Assembly (NCBI RefSeq): GCF_009914755.1
Contig: NC_060947.1
Source: the human T2T-CHM13v2.0 reference genome, Homo sapiens
Length of the DNA: 64,000 nt
Reading direction: 5' to 3' (one strand)
Position numbers and translations under genes: made by a program. Of the stretch, positions 46,171 through 61,885 are shown piece after piece. Within the stretch, counting starts at the first letter, position 1; each line of letters starts with the position of its first letter. The notes beneath the pieces were generated by a model that had not been told where the DNA came from, did no database searches, and saw only the letters and a program-made list of their open reading frames with translations.

Positions 46171-47281
46171 GCATTTGCCTCTCCTCTGGCCCCCTCCCTT
46201 TAACAACCTTCAACTCCCCTGCTACTTACTCAGGTCCCCAGGTCTTTACACCAGTCCCCCACCCCAGCCAAAGCTGTAGGTGGCACTGTCCAAACAAGGC
46301 GAGGTCCTGCTAGATGGCATAAAACACCAGCTCTGTGAAAGCTGGAGTCTTTGTGGGGTCTGTGGTTTTGCCCTGATTCTCATGAAGCGAAATCTTCTCC
46401 TGAAGCAGGTACTTCAGAAGAAACTATGTAATTTCAGTATCAAAAATAGCTGTGCTTCTCATAAATGTTGTGAGTTTATTTTATACACAATGTGAATTAT
46501 GTAAATGGCTAGAATTTTCTGCATTGACTTCAAGAAAGTTTGGTGCCTAATTTATGACCCACTCATAACAAGTATATGAAATTTTATGGTTGTATTTTTT
46601 CTTGTTTTCTTAAACAATCAACATTATGGTGGACATAGGTTTTGTTTTTGTTTTTAACTGTTAAATCACCCTAGTTCTACAAAGCGCAAGTCTTGCTGCA
46701 ATGTACCCATTTTGTATCCAGCCTATGTCAGCATTCTAGAACATATACAAACATTCCATGTTATTCCATTAAAGTGAATATTTACAAACATCATTGCCCT
46801 TGAAAAATGTTTGTCTCAATAAAAAATACAACCTAGGAAAATCTGCATATGTATAGTATAGTGTTTTATATAGACTATTGTTTATATATAAACATAATTT
46901 CATTATCTAGCACCACTAACAAATTATATATGATATGGAAGGGAGTTTTTCTGGGTACCTGGAACTAATATCCAAAACATAATCCACTAATGCATTCAGG
47001 AGCTACTGAAATGCAGATGATGGTGGTTCATATGCAGAGAGATTTCCAAACAATGTGCCTTCCAAGGCTGTCTGGGTCATTGTTTGTGAAACTGTAGCCA
47101 TGACCTATTATTGACTTATGAAGTCAATTCAATAAGTCACAACCAGCTTTAAAATACCACCTAGATTAAAATAGAAAATACAGTACATTGTGTATAAGTA
47201 TTCTTTTGGAAAACTTTTGTTTCACTCTTAACAAATATAGATGTATATATGCACACTGGATCAGAAAGGAAAATTCATATC

Positions 47282-47578
47282 TTTGTTTTTTTTGAGATAG
47301 GGTTTCACTCTGTTGCCTAGGCTGGAGTACAGTGGCACGATCAATAACTCACTGCAGCCTCAACCTCCCAGGGCTCAGGTGATCGTCCCACCTCAGCCTC
47401 CAGAGTAGCTGGAACTACAGGCACATGCCACCATACCCAGCTACTTTTTGTACTTTTTGTAAAGATGTGGTTTCACCATGTTGCCCAGGCTGGTCTCCAA
47501 CTCCTGAGGCTCAAGTGATCCACCAATCTTGATTGCCGAAAGTGTAGGGATTACAGGTGCGAGCCACCATGCCTGGTC
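47282..47578 (-). mobile_element. AluJ
   Basis: Reverse-complement dimeric Alu with J diagnostics. Confidence 0.92.
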
Positions 47579-48562
47579 ATGTATGTCTTCTTGTAGGAGG
47601 CAGTTAAGAATGTCGGAAGGGTCCTGCTCTGGGGGGCCGTAGGTCCCAACCCATCTCACCCCCTGACCACTCCACTCTGCTTCATCTCCCTGTGGGCTCC
47701 TTTCATTCTTTTTGGTACCAAAACTACATTCAGAATAGCCACCTTCTTCTTCCCTTTTCTTTTTGTTACTTTTCCTTTTTCTTTTTAAAATTATGTGTGA
47801 TGACTCTGCTTGTCCTCTTAGTTTGGGACAAAAAAAAAGAGTTCTAAAATAGTCTCCTCTTGTCAATGGACCTCTACCTCACCTTCAGCTGCCATATAAC
47901 TGGTGAGTCATAGAATGTCAGGGTGGATTTCTGGCCCCTGCGTCTTTTCTACTGTGTTTATCTGTCCACACAGTCCAAAGGTTGTTTTTCTCCTGCTTTT
48001 TTGTTTAAGTTGGGTTTTATGCTCTTATAGCTGTCAAGAGACTTAATTATTCTTTTATATATTTTTTTGAGATTGGATATATAAATTCAATAAAATAGCT
48101 ATCACTCTTTCTTTTACTGTTATTAAAAATCAAATTGAGATACATCACAAAAATATATTGTGGATAGCTTAAGATAAACTGATGGATTCAGAAGCATTCC
48201 TCTTGTCTAAAACTTTGCAGTAGACAACTGACCTTTTACCACCAAAATCCAACAAGAGAGATGGAGGAAAAAGTAGGTACTTAGAGGCAGACATCGCCAT
48301 ATATTAACTAAATAGTCCCTCAGGTCAAATCAAGTGCAGTCTTCTACAAAATACTCAAAAGCTGTCGGCTTTACAGAGGAATTTCCAGAAAGCAGTAAGA
48401 TTCTGGCATCCTATTAAAATACCTAGAGTACTCTGTGGATGGCTTGAAATTAAGCCTAGTCTAATGTATCATTTTAACTATACTGTAATTGGAAATAACA
48501 AAATTCACATGAAATATGCCATGCAAAGGTTTACCCACTTTTATATCAAATTAAACATGCCA

Positions 48563-48738
48563 TTTTTTTCTTTCTTTTTATTTTTTAGTGATGGGGTTTC
48601 ACTATGTTGCCCAGGTTGGAGTGCATTGGTTATTCAAAGATGCGATCATAGCTAACTGCAGCTTCAAACTCTTGGGCTCAAGCAGTCCTCTTGCCTCAGC
48701 CTCCCGAGAAGATGGAACTACAGGCACTGTGCCTGGCT
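48563..48738 (-). mobile_element. FAM (fossil Alu monomer)
   Basis: Keeps 7SL-like 'ggttattcaaagatgcgatc' segment; TSD AATTAAACAT at about 48549 and 48741. Confidence 0.75.
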
Positions 48739-48764
48739 TGAATTAAACATTCTAGTTTGATTAG

Positions 48765-49361
48765 TGTGGTGGGTAGAATTCTGAGAAGGCACCCAGGATC
48801 CTTGATCCTGGTATAAATACCCTGTATAATCCCCTCCTGCTGAATATGGGCAGGACCTTGAACATGATAGGATGTCACTTCTATGATTATGTTACTTAGC
48901 ATGGCAAAGGTGGAAAAATTGTGAGATGTAATCAAACTCCTGATCAACTGACATTAATTTAATCAAAATGGAGATTATCTTGGGTGGGTCTGCCCTAATC
49001 AGATGTGTCCCTTTAAAGAGACTCCAAGCAGCAGAGACCCTCTTGCTGACCTCAAAGAAACAAAAAGTAATGTTATGCACTGCCTACGGAGGGGGGTGGA
49101 CTCTAAGAGCTGAGGGCTTCACTCCTACAGTCACAAGGAACTGAATCCTTCCAAAAAGCACTGAGCTTAGAAAAGAAACCAAACTCCAGATAAGAATCAC
49201 AGCCTGGCCAAAAACTTGATTTTAATTTCATGAAACTCTGACCAGAGAACCCAGTTAAGCCATGCCTAGACTACTGACCCACAGAAACTGAGATAACAGA
49301 TATGCCTTGTTTTAAAGCCCTATGTGGTCATTTGTTACAGCAGCAATAGAAGACTATTACA
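48765..49361 (+). mobile_element. MLT1E-like MaLR solo LTR
   Basis: 'tgtggtgggtagaattct...ttgtgagatgtaatcaa...tttgttacagcagcaatagaagactattaca'. Confidence 0.85.
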
Positions 49362-49417
49362 ATTAGAACCTCGTTAACTCTCAAAGGGTCATAAATGTTA
49401 GACCCAAAGGATGCATG

Positions 49418-50228
<811 letters not shown>

Positions 50229-51427
50229 TCCCTCTTGGGTTTCCCAAAATACTGAACTATCCCCATTGGAATATGTTGAAAATGTAGCACTTAGAAAATC
50301 TCTCCCAAAGTTTAAAATCAACTGAACATTTCCAGGAAATTCTCCAGTCCTATCTCCATAGTGCCCCATCTCTCTAAGCACGTGATTTATTCTAAGTGTT
50401 ACATGAATGCTGGACCCCCCCTCCCCAGGTGGGCCCTGACCTTTACCTGGCTATTGTGCACAATCCCTTGGTGGATCTCATGAACCAGGGATTTTACCTG
50501 TTCAGAAGGGGGCAGGACTTAGAAGGAGAAGGCAACAAATTGGAAGCCTTCTAGGGATCTGATTCTGTGACACAGAGTGAATTTATTTCATTTTAACAGC
50601 ATCTTCTGAGTTAGGCATCTTTTGCCAATTTTGGGAATGAGACAACAGATTCAGAGAGATGATGAAGTCAACCACAGCATATTGTTAGTATATGGTAAAA
50701 ACAAGATATGCAGTAGGTCTGAAGGATTCCAAAAAGCAAGTCTCTTGCCACCACATCATGTCCAATTACAAATGTACAGCATGTCAAACTTCACACATTC
50801 TTCCCCAAAATCTCCAAGTAAATCATTCACATGTGATAGTAAGGCTACCATTTGCACATCCCTTCATGGGCTGCAGTGAAAACTGTACGTGTTTCATTTG
50901 ATCCTCACAAGGTTGATTGCGCATGCAAAACTGTCATATGCTTTTCCCTTGAGAAACAATGAGGGTACATTATCTGGAAGTGAAAAAGTATAGGGTCATG
51001 CCTAACAAGTCATTGATAAAAAGAAAAAGAAAAGAAAATGGCCTACAGACATTTAGATGACCAATGTTCTTTTTGTAAATGCAACAAATGCATGCAAAAG
51101 AAAGTAATGCATATATTATCTGTCTCTGCAACTGTAAGGTTACAATGAAAACCAGGCATTTTGTGCTTTTTAATTCAAGACATATCCCCAGGAAGTGATC
51201 TGACTTTAAAACATAAACTATATTTGCTAAATGATATCTGTTACAGCATCATAGATGTTGACTCTTTTCAGAAGTCATTTTGCATTCAATAGGAGACAGC
51301 AGGGGGAATGCATGGATTTTTTTTTTCCCCTCCACATGAAAAGGCTAAGCAAAAGCAGTATCTTTCAGGAGACATCAGTGATAGTTACTAAATGAGCTTA
51401 TTCAAACAAACATTAAAATAACCTCCA

Positions 51428-51590
51428 GCTGGGCAGGCCTATATTTCCAGCTATTTGGGAGGCTAAGGCAGAAGGATTGTGTGAGGTCAGGAGTTCGAGG
51501 CTGTAGTACACCATGATCATGCCTGTGAATAGCCACTGCACTCCAGCCTGGGCAATACAGTGAGATGCTGTCCCTTAAAATAAGAATAAA
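51428..51590 (+). mobile_element. FAM (fossil Alu monomer)
   Basis: 7SL-derived 'gatcatgcctgtgaatagccactgcactccagcc'; TSD aaataa(c/t)ctc. Confidence 0.8.
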
Positions 51591-52027
51591 TAATCTCTAA
51601 GTTCCAGGCATGGTACTGATTTATATGTGTTATGCTTGAATTTTATATTGGTGTCCACATTTTAACTAGGAGGAATCAGTTAAGTGTCAGACCTTCCTAT
51701 TTTGAAACTGCCAAAATTTGCCTACCCATTACCCAAGATAATTCTTGAGCACAGAAAATTGATTTGGGCTCTATACTGTGTCAGATTTAGGTTAATAACT
51801 TTCATTGGCTGATTTAGAATTAAATATGCCTTCTAGCAAATCAGGAGTACATTTGAGAAAACAAAAGCACAAGAGAAATATTGGAGGAGTAGAAAGAATT
51901 AATTGTAGAAAGGATTAGGTCAAATGGAAAGAGTGAACAAGAATATGGGAGGTGTGGGGAAGTGACAAAAGATTTTTCTAGTTAGGGCATGATCATACAC
52001 TATGTAGAAGTCTTCATATAACTCTTA

Positions 52028-52399
<372 letters not shown>

Positions 52400-53373
52400 T
52401 TAATAAAACAATAAAATAAAAATTGTGTGACAAGGGGAACTTGTGACTTTTGCCTGGTTGAACAATTATTTTAAATTGTCAATTTAGGGAAGAGAAGAAA
52501 GTTGATGTCTTCAAATTATATTTTATTCTGTGAAGAATAAAAATGTCTACTGTATTTTCAATATGCCCTCTGTTTTCAGTCCAGAAAACTCAATGTTTTG
52601 TTTAGAGATGCAATAAAAGACTTTTCTTTTACAAATGTCTTACAATTACAGACTACATTCAGATAGATGATTTATTGAGTTCGGGAAGTGAACAGAATCT
52701 AATGGTAATTCATGACACTTTTTTCAAAACCTACTGAAAAAATATTGGTTTAGCTCTCACAATAAAATATTAGACATTATATACACAGTTGGAAAGTGTT
52801 CTCATTTAAATATAAAGGTTTGTGATTCCATAATTAATATTTTTCCTTTGTTCAAACCTGTATTCAAATACTTCTGCTTTCTCATCTGAAGCTTTTTTCT
52901 TTAATTTTAGAGTTGCCCAAACTACATGAAACAGAGTTAAGACCCCAGAAACATGCAAAAATGAACAGCCAGGATTGATGGAGGGGAAAGAAATCAGCAA
53001 GAAAAAATTTAGAAGGGACCAAAAAAAAATTAGTTGCCTGAGGGCCTTTATAGGTATTGGCTAGACTTTACAGCCATTTGACTTCATAATGACACTTAAT
53101 TTTAAGAAAAATTTAAGTAATGCATTCTTTCTTTAAAAATGAAAAAAAAAAAAAAAAAAAAACCCAGCAACCAGCAATGGTGTAACTTTTGGAAAAGCCT
53201 GCTAGCCAAACAAGAAAATAAAATTTTGGAGCTTAAAGTTTTATTAGCTTAAAATGTTTATTTCCAACAGTCCTTAATAAATTATTGCTGAATCTTTATA
53301 AATTTGGCATGACATGTGTCTGGACAATTGGCATGTGTATATTTTTTCATCACTTCCTAGCATCTCAGAGTAA

Positions 53374-53711
<338 letters not shown>

Positions 53712-54399
53712 CCCTCATCTTTTTTGACAGCTCTACCAATAATTTCTAGGTCCAGTGGAAATTTTGAATGTTATTTATCTATTTTTACTTTTCACCGACA
53801 TTGTGGAAATCAGTACGTCCAAATGTCTAAACATCTCTCCAGATATTTCCACTTTTTCAATCAATTGAGGACTGATAAAATTCAATATATTCCCAATAAA
53901 AACAATAAAAAAAGTTAAAACATGTTTTCCCATTGAATCCCATGTTCACCTTGGATGTGTATTCCTTAGAAAAATTCCTTAGCTATAAGTCATAATAAAT
54001 TACAAACTTCAAAATCTTATATTTCACCTTAAGGAATTGTCTGCCTCTATCAAGTGATACTTAGTTATATTTAATTTTCCTACAAGGTGCTAAATGAATA
54101 ATCAAGTCACCTGATTTTTAACACAACCACTTTGAACATATTTATGGACACTTATTCTATGAAAAGCACTATTCTAGGTCCCATAAAAGATTTTTAAAAC
54201 TACCCTTCATTCTCAAAAAGCTTAAAACATAGTTATCATAACCATAAACTAACCGTATAAAGTAGTTTGTGATGTGTACCAAATGCAGAAGATTGGCAAA
54301 GTGTTGCGTGTGTTTGAATAAGGGATCGTTACAATAGTTAATATTTATCTGGTACAGGCACCATGTTTTTTCCACCCTGTCAACAATCTTATGGCATAG

Positions 54400-54490
54400 T
54401 TTTATTAGTTAGGAGTCTCCTGGTTGCAAGTGACAGAAACTCTGACTCAAACTGGCTTAAGCACAGAGAGGGTTTTGTTGGCTCATATTC
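54400..54490. mobile_element. MLT1J/K-like LTR terminal fragment
   Basis: 'ggttgcaagtgacagaaactctgactcaaactggcttaagc...ttggctcat'. Confidence 0.65.
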
Positions 54491-55457
54491 GGGGATAGCA
54501 ATAGATCTAATAGCTCTCACTGACTCTATGACAATTAGATGTTAGGCAGCAATTAAGCCAAAGGGCGAGCAGACATCTCTAATTGTAGCAGGTGTGTGGA
54601 AACTGGGGAGATTTTTTTCTGCTAGACATCAGCCTACCCAAGTCTACAGATGTCAATCCTGCATTCACTCATCAAATGTTACTTGGGACCAATTCAGTCT
54701 CTTGAAGTAAGCCAAATTTATTCAAGGGATTCTAATTTCATTTACCACTACAGTTTAATAATTATGATTTAGGCTTAAAAACCTACATCCTGCTTAGATG
54801 AACCTGTGTATATAAGTCAGAGCCTGAGGTGGGTTGGGTATTCCCCAGAGAGGTTTGAAAATAAATCATATTCTTTCTGTAACTTAAAAATACTTTTTTC
54901 TTAAAGTTCTATGTTCTTATGAGGATTTCCTCTATTTAACAAGGGTAGGTCCTAATTCACATGATATAGTCAGCCTTTGTGAATATTCTCCACTGTGGTA
55001 TTCAATAAATTTACCTATATTGTAGCTTTTTGGTACTGGCCATAGTGAACCTGTCATTTATGGCCTATTTCCCTCATCCAGACAATTATGAAAATATTGG
55101 CAGTCTACCTACCTGAGAGGCTTCCTTTTCATGATCTCTGAGGAACTCAGTGTGAAGTAATTTTAGCTCCTTGAGAGGAAAAAATGTGCAAAAGAAGTAC
55201 AAAGTGCTATGATTAATTCTTTCATTGTTTTCAAATGGTGTTAGTTGAAAGCAGAAAATGAATAAAACACAGGAAATTGACTTGAAAACTCACATAAACG
55301 CACACTCAGTGAACTGCCCTTGCATGCTGAGACCCAGAGCGCTTTCTACTGAAAACATAGATTTGGCTAAAATCTGTCATGAGGCTTGTATAGGCAGAGA
55401 CAAATCTTAGTCTGCTTTCTATTTGCATCCAATAAAATAAAGACATTTAAAAACATT

Positions 55458-55592
55458 TTTTGTTTTAATAATAGAGAGGGCATTGTCTTGCCGTGTTGCC
55501 CAGGCTGGTCTCAAACTCTTGGGCTCAAGCGATCCTCCTGCCTCAGCCTCCCAAAGTGCTGGGATTACAGGCATGAGCTACCGTGTCCAGCT
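55458..55592 (-). mobile_element. FLAM / Alu left monomer
   Basis: Single reverse-complement Alu arm; flanking repeat taa(a)agacattt on both sides. Confidence 0.85.
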
Positions 55593-55880
55593 GGTAAAGA
55601 CATTTTTTCCCAGTGAAAACTTGGAGCTCAGTATGTTTGATGTTTCTCATTAGGGGTGATGTTAAAAATATTTTAACAACAGTTACAATATGGGCACAGC
55701 CAAGTCAGGGGAGATATCTAGCAAAAACAAAGTAAACCAGTGGTTGCCCATGGAAGCATAGGCCTGATTTCCTTGGAGCATGGGCTGTCAATGTTGAAAC
55801 TGAAACTGTGAAGGGTCTGAAATGTTAACCTAGTTTCAAGCTAACAAATTGACCTGTCACAATTTTATGCATGTAAGTGT

Positions 55881-55882
<2 letters not shown>

Positions 55883-55918
<36 letters not shown>
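55883..55918. repeat. (CA)n microsatellite
   Basis: Read directly. Confidence 0.97.
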
Positions 55919-55920
<2 letters not shown>

Positions 55921-56551
55921 CAGACCTCTGAATCAGAGACAGACTGCTCACAGAGCTTTTCCCAAAGCCCTGGTTCCTCCCAGAGCAACTCAGTGAGATG
56001 TACAGGAGAGGATCTCTGGAATTATGAAACCCAGAGCTTATATAGGAACTGCTGGACCATCTGTCCATCACCCTTTGTGGAGAAAGAGGGTGACCGCTGG
56101 TCTGAATCATAAACACAAATTCTCTCTGGGAAGTAGAAGGAAAGATCTCTACTCACCACCCTGGAAGATAAACACAAGGCTCCAGGGAAAGGTAGGACTT
56201 TATATTACTGCCAAGGGCTCAGTCTTTAGGGTTGCTATTCAGTTGCCTATTAACCAGGTGCCAGTACTGTTTTCTTAGAAAGTCTCAACCTTGCAGAAAC
56301 GTGAAAATATTCATGATGCATTATTTCTCAACACACAACTTTACCTGCCCATTGGAAACCCTTGGAATTTGGCTTTCCCCTCAATGCTGACTGGTCTGGA
56401 ATGCTTCCAGAGTATTTTTAACTCTAACATGTCCTTATAATTGGGTTGAGAAACACTGCTCTAAATTTCAAAGTAATGTTAGATATCATTAGGGACTGAA
56501 TTGGTAATAACAGCACATCTTTAAGATGATTGTTGGAGGACATTTGCTTTA

Positions 56552-56922
56552 TGTCTTAGTTCAGACTGTTATAAGAAATACACACTAAACTAGGGTGACT
56601 TAAACAATGAACATTCACTTCTCCCAACTCTGGGGGCTAGGAAGCCCAAGATCAAGGTGTCAGCAGATCCAGTGTCTGGTGAGGGCCTGCCTCCTGGTTT
56701 GTAGTTGGCCATCTTCTCATTGTATCCTCACATAGCAGAGAGCAGAGAGAGAAGAAGCAAGCTCTCCCATGTCTCTTCTTATGTGGGCACTAATCCTATT
56801 TGTGAGGGCTCCATACTCATGACCTAGTCATCTCCCTAAGGCTCCACCTCCAAATTCTATCACATTGAGGATTAGGCTTCAACATACCAATTTTGGTGGA
56901 ACACAAACATTCAATCCATAGC
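56552..56922 (-). mobile_element. MLT1A-like MaLR solo LTR
   Basis: 'tgtcttagttcagactgttataag...aagatcaaggtgtcagcag...acacaaacattcaatccatagc'. Confidence 0.85.
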
Positions 56923-57349
56923 TCTCTACATGAGATTTACTTTCCAGACTGGAATAGGTATGCCGCTTTAAACATTTATGTAACCAGAGATTAATCGACA
57001 GTTTTTAAAATCTAAATGACTCAGATTTTTATTTTACAATAAAATAATGACAAATGATGACACATAAGCCAGTAGAATTTATTCCATTTGGCAATGAGGA
57101 ATTCTTCAGCCACATGTTATTGTATAAGGACACTATTGAGCTCTACACATAAGTGCAACATTTTTCCCCAAAATGACTCTGATCTCAGAACCTGAAGTTT
57201 CACAATTTAATAGTTAATTTCAACAACAGGTACTTAGTATAATAAGTGAACTTTATACTCAGTAAGTCATTGGAATTGTAATCAATAAGCAGGATCAACT
57301 TCCAGGTTAAGGCTCGTGATTCCTATTATAGCCCTGATTAAATTGTAGG

Positions 57350-58548
57350 AGTCATTCTCCAACAAAAGGAAGCAGAGATCCCTGGAGAAATGGCTGATTA
57401 TGAGGCTGGAACTGGAAAAATACAAGATGAGCCTACAACATCTCATAGTACTACAAGGTAAGGAAATGCTTGAGAGAGAGAGAGAGAGAGAGAATGTATC
57501 AGAGGGACACAGAAGCCAACCTGAAAAGTTCTCAGTGGCCAAACTTGGAAATTTTGAGTAACAAAATAGTAGCATGGCCGGGCGTGGTGGCGGGTGCCTG
57601 TAATCCCAGCTACTCAGGAGGCTGAGGCACGAGAATCGCTTAAACTGGGGGAGGCAGAGGTTGCAGTGAGCGGAGATCGTGCCACTGCACTCCAGCCTGG
57701 GTGACAGAGAGAGACTCAGTCTCAAAAAAAAAAGTAGCATAGTATTGGATTATAACCAAGTGTAAAAATTAAATATACATGGCTCCATACTGATATAAAT
57801 AAATGATTTGATATAAAAATTAATAAGACAGAGGGAGAAACAAATCTTGCAGAAAAATTCCAAATAATTTATGTGGCTACTCCTCCCCTCCAGGAGGTGG
57901 AGCTTAGGCCCACTCTTGAGTGTAAGCTACACTTTGTTACTTGATTCCAAACAGTAGAGTATAGAAAGGGGTAAAAAATATATATAGCTTTACAACTGAG
58001 AAAGCTGGCAAGCACTACCTTAGCCAGGGATCAAAGTCAACATCACCAGTGATAAGTCATGTTGATAGCAGACACCACTGACATAATATAACAAGAAGGG
58101 CACATCACCTCTGTGATATTCTTTACAAAAATCCATAACCTAGTCTAATCATGAAGAAAATGTCAGCCCAACCCAATTTGAGAGATAGTCTATCAAATAT
58201 CTGACCAGTACTCCTCAAAACTGTCAAGGTCACAAAAAATAGGGAAAGACTAAGAAATTGTCACAGACCAGAAGAGACTAAGGAGACATGACTACTAAGT
58301 GCAATGTGGCACCTGAAATGCATCCTGGAACAGAAAAGGCACATTAATGGAAAAACTGGTGACATCTAAGTCTGGAATTTAGTTAATAGTAATATAACAA
58401 TGTTGGTTTCTTAGTTGTGACAAATGTACCATGCCAACATAAGACATTAACAATGGGGGAAACGGGGTAAGGGGTGAACTGGAACTCTCTGTGCCATCTT
58501 TGCAACTTTTGTACAAATCTAAATTTTCCATAATAAAAAGTTTACTAA
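57350..58548 (+). mobile_element. L1MC-like 3' region
   Basis: 'ctgaccagtactcctcaaaactgtcaaggtcac...gactaaggagacatgactactaa...tgtgacaaatgtaccat...aataaaaagttt'. Confidence 0.8.
57576..57733 (+). mobile_element. 5'-truncated AluS (right arm only)
   Basis: Starts 'ggccgggcgtggtggcggg', ends in an A tail; TSD AGTAGCAT. Confidence 0.9.
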
Positions 58549-60044
58549 AATGATGAGGTGAAGCTTTAACTCATTTGTTCTAAAGCACAATTTTCTTCAT
58601 CATATTAGTCATTTTAGGGCCGGGCACTGAACAATTAGTGGTAATGATGATGAATTGGTGGCAGGAAGGATTTCTAAGAAACAGTTTTAAATATAGGGGA
58701 CATGAAAAGAACAAAATCTTCTGAACACCTAGAAGGTAGAAACTGAAAACTGTGTGTCCTATAGTAAGGCCCAGTGTCTTCTACAGAATGTCTGGCTACA
58801 GAAACGAATTATGATTAAAGAGATAATGTGAATACAATGGGCCCTTGAGAACTGAAGGAAATGGAATGCAGCAAAAGCGGAAAAAGAACTGTGACAGGCT
58901 CCACCTCCTCCATGATCTTGCTCAGGTTCAAGTTTGCTTGTCCTAGACCACCCCTAGACTCTAACAAACCCTAGGGAAGACTCAAGTCTTCCAGTCAATT
59001 TTTAAATTCTTGTCACCATGCATTTTGTTTTCTGTATATCATTTCTGATGTTACCACCATGACTGCCCCCTGAGTACTCAATGTTAATATGCTTACATTT
59101 CTCTTACAAAAAAAAGATTCACTTCATAGCATCACAATATCACAATATAAATAGGATTTTCTATTGTGTGATTATTTTCATCAGGCCAACAGAAATGAAA
59201 TGAAGGCAGAAGAAACATTGTCCCCATGTAATTTAAAGAAAACAAAAAGAAGATCACTGAAATGAACTGTCTTAAATTTCTAAAACTTGAAAATTAAAAG
59301 AGCTAAGAAATTATTTATCGAAACTATTTATTTTGCTTTTCTCTGAGGAGTGCAAGGGTGAATTTTTTGCATAAAAGATTACGTTAATAACTGCCCACTG
59401 CTTTTTGGTTTTAAAACCATGACTCTTTGGGGAACATTTTTTGAGGAGTTTTTGGGGGTCATTTAGAAAGTAGCAAAAAATATTATTTCCCCAAGATCAC
59501 ACACCAAACTGGCCCTCACAACTCAGCTCTCAGCGAAGAGAAAACTACCTTTCTTTTCTCATTTGTACTATAAGGATACTCTATTGGATATAACTCAAAG
59601 TTCAGTGATAGAAAAGAGAAATTAATGTTGTTTTCCTTCATTCCATTTCAATATAATTTTCCCACAAAGATAGGTAAGTCATTATACATTTTCCTCTTTG
59701 CCCTAGTGTGGGGAAAAAAAACACTTTTTTTCCACACTAAATTCTCCTCCCTCAGTTTCTGCCATACACAGCCATATTCTGAACCACTGGTGATTTTCAT
59801 TGTCTAAATTAAATTATTGTAATAAATACCTGCTGTATTCCTACCATTCTGTACCTAAGGCTTTGGGAGCAACAGATTTGCACAATACTTATTTTCTAAG
59901 AACCCCTCCAATGCTGGTTGTCCCAGAGCCACTTGGATTTAAGATAAGAGTTTTATTTAAAGTAACATATCTGTGTCCCTTTGTGATGTTTCTGTGACAT
60001 GGCATTCATTTTCCAGGAAGATCTAAAAATCTCAGCTCTCTGCA

Positions 60045-60560
60045 AGCATTCATTCATGCATACATGCATTTATCTATTTCTTAAACACTTAGGTGCTACT
60101 TTGTGGTAGGTGATTAGGATTAAAAAATGAATAACCAATGAGCCCTATACTGAAGAGGCAGATAGATAAGAAGATAATCACAATCAATGTGGCCAATGCT
60201 GAACCAGAGAAATGAGCAGGAATTGAAATAGTTGGGTAGATGGGGTGATGCCTACATGGTGAGCAGGGGTTCACTTTCTGTAGATAAGCCAAGGACTTTG
60301 GGGAAAGAGGGAACAGCAGGGATGACCAGGCTTCTGACAGGCCTTAGATGTTTCCTGCACTAGGATTGATGACCCTGGATCCTAGTGAGGTGCTATGCAG
60401 AATGATGGTAGAGAGGACAGTTTGAGGCAGGTTCTGAAGAGCCCTGTATGCTACCAGAAAACCCTGAACTTTTTTCCTATATGCATTTTGAGCCAACAGA
60501 GATGTTTAACCAAGAATGTTACGTGGATAGTCTCAGGTTTTGGTAACATCTGCATTCCAT
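60045..60560 (-). mobile_element. L2 fragments
   Basis: 'cattcattcatgcat...aaacacttaggtgctactttgtgg' L2 3' end and purine-rich continuation. Confidence 0.55.
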
Positions 60561-61512
60561 TGACTGTTTCAAGGATAGCCTAATTATGTGTATTTTTTAA
60601 TAATATCAACATTTCTAGAAAGGTTTACTGTCTAAAAATTATCTAATGACAATCACAAAATGGAAAGGTTTCTTTGCTGCCCTCTACAGGCTTCCAGGGC
60701 TCAGTGCTTTGAAAAAAATCAGCCTTGAATGGGCAAACACACATCTCATTTTGTTTGGCAAGAAAACGCTAACAGTAGGAAAAGTTTAAAATAGCCAAAT
60801 TAATGTATAGCAAGTAGAATGACAAATACAGAAAGGTACTGTGTGCTATTGGTGATCCCTTGCATTTCAAAGTCTTTTAACTTGGAGTTCTATAGTTCAA
60901 ATAATTTTCCAGTATATTTATCTAAGGCTCATAATACTTTATAAATCTTAAGTTGACAATAATTATTGTGATTAATAATTGTTACATAATTTAAACAGAT
61001 TAAGGTGCAAATAACAAATTTAAAAGGCCAATTGATAAAATATTTTCATTACATATGACTAACAAAAGGCTTGCTTTATTTTTGCTTTGTTCTATTAATC
61101 TCGAAGAGCTTTCCATATCAACACACAAAGAGCTCTTCCTCATTCTTTCTCAGTGCTTCATAAAATTCCATTGTATATGATTTTTAAATGATAAACTTTT
61201 TATGTCATTAAAATATTTATTTAAGGATCCACCAGAAATGGTAAGCATTGATATCTTGTGGGCAATGGGCCTGGGGTTTGGGGTACTGGGACAAGACCCT
61301 TATTTTCCATTTTATTGTCTTCTACAGTATTTGAAATTTTCTCCTAAAGCATCTTTTACTTCCATAATTATAGAAAGCTGTTCTAGGATTATAAATTAGC
61401 AGTGAAAAGTATGGAATTACTTGATTTCTAGTCTGTGACTCAGACTATTGAATATGGTTCATCTACAAGGAAGATACGCATTTCAGAGTTACATGTTCTA
61501 TAAAATCACATC

Positions 61513-61885
61513 AGCTATGGTTTGAATGTTCCTTCCAAAACATGTGGAAATTTAACTGCCATTGTGATCGTATTAAGAGGTAGGACTGTTAAGAGGTGAT
61601 TAGGCCATGAGAACTGTGCCCTCATGAGTAGATTAACGTTGTCATTTGGGAGTAGGTTTTTTATTACTAGAGTAGGTTGCTATAAAAGTGAGTTCTTCCT
61701 TCTCTTCCTAGCTCACTCTTGGGCCTTTTATCATGGATGACTCAGCATGATGGCCCCTTTCAGATGCTGACACCACGCTCTTGGACTTCTCAGCCTCTAG
61801 AACCATGAGTCAAATAAATTTCTGTTCATTATAAGTTACCCAGTCTGTGGTATTCTGTTACAGCAACATAAAGCAGACGAAGACA
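61513..61885 (+). mobile_element. MST-like MaLR solo LTR
   Basis: 'gctatggtttgaatgttcc...aataaatttctgttcattataagttacccagtctgtggtattctgttacagca...aagaca'; 5-bp TSD ACATC at 61508-61512 and 61886-61890. Confidence 0.9.
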
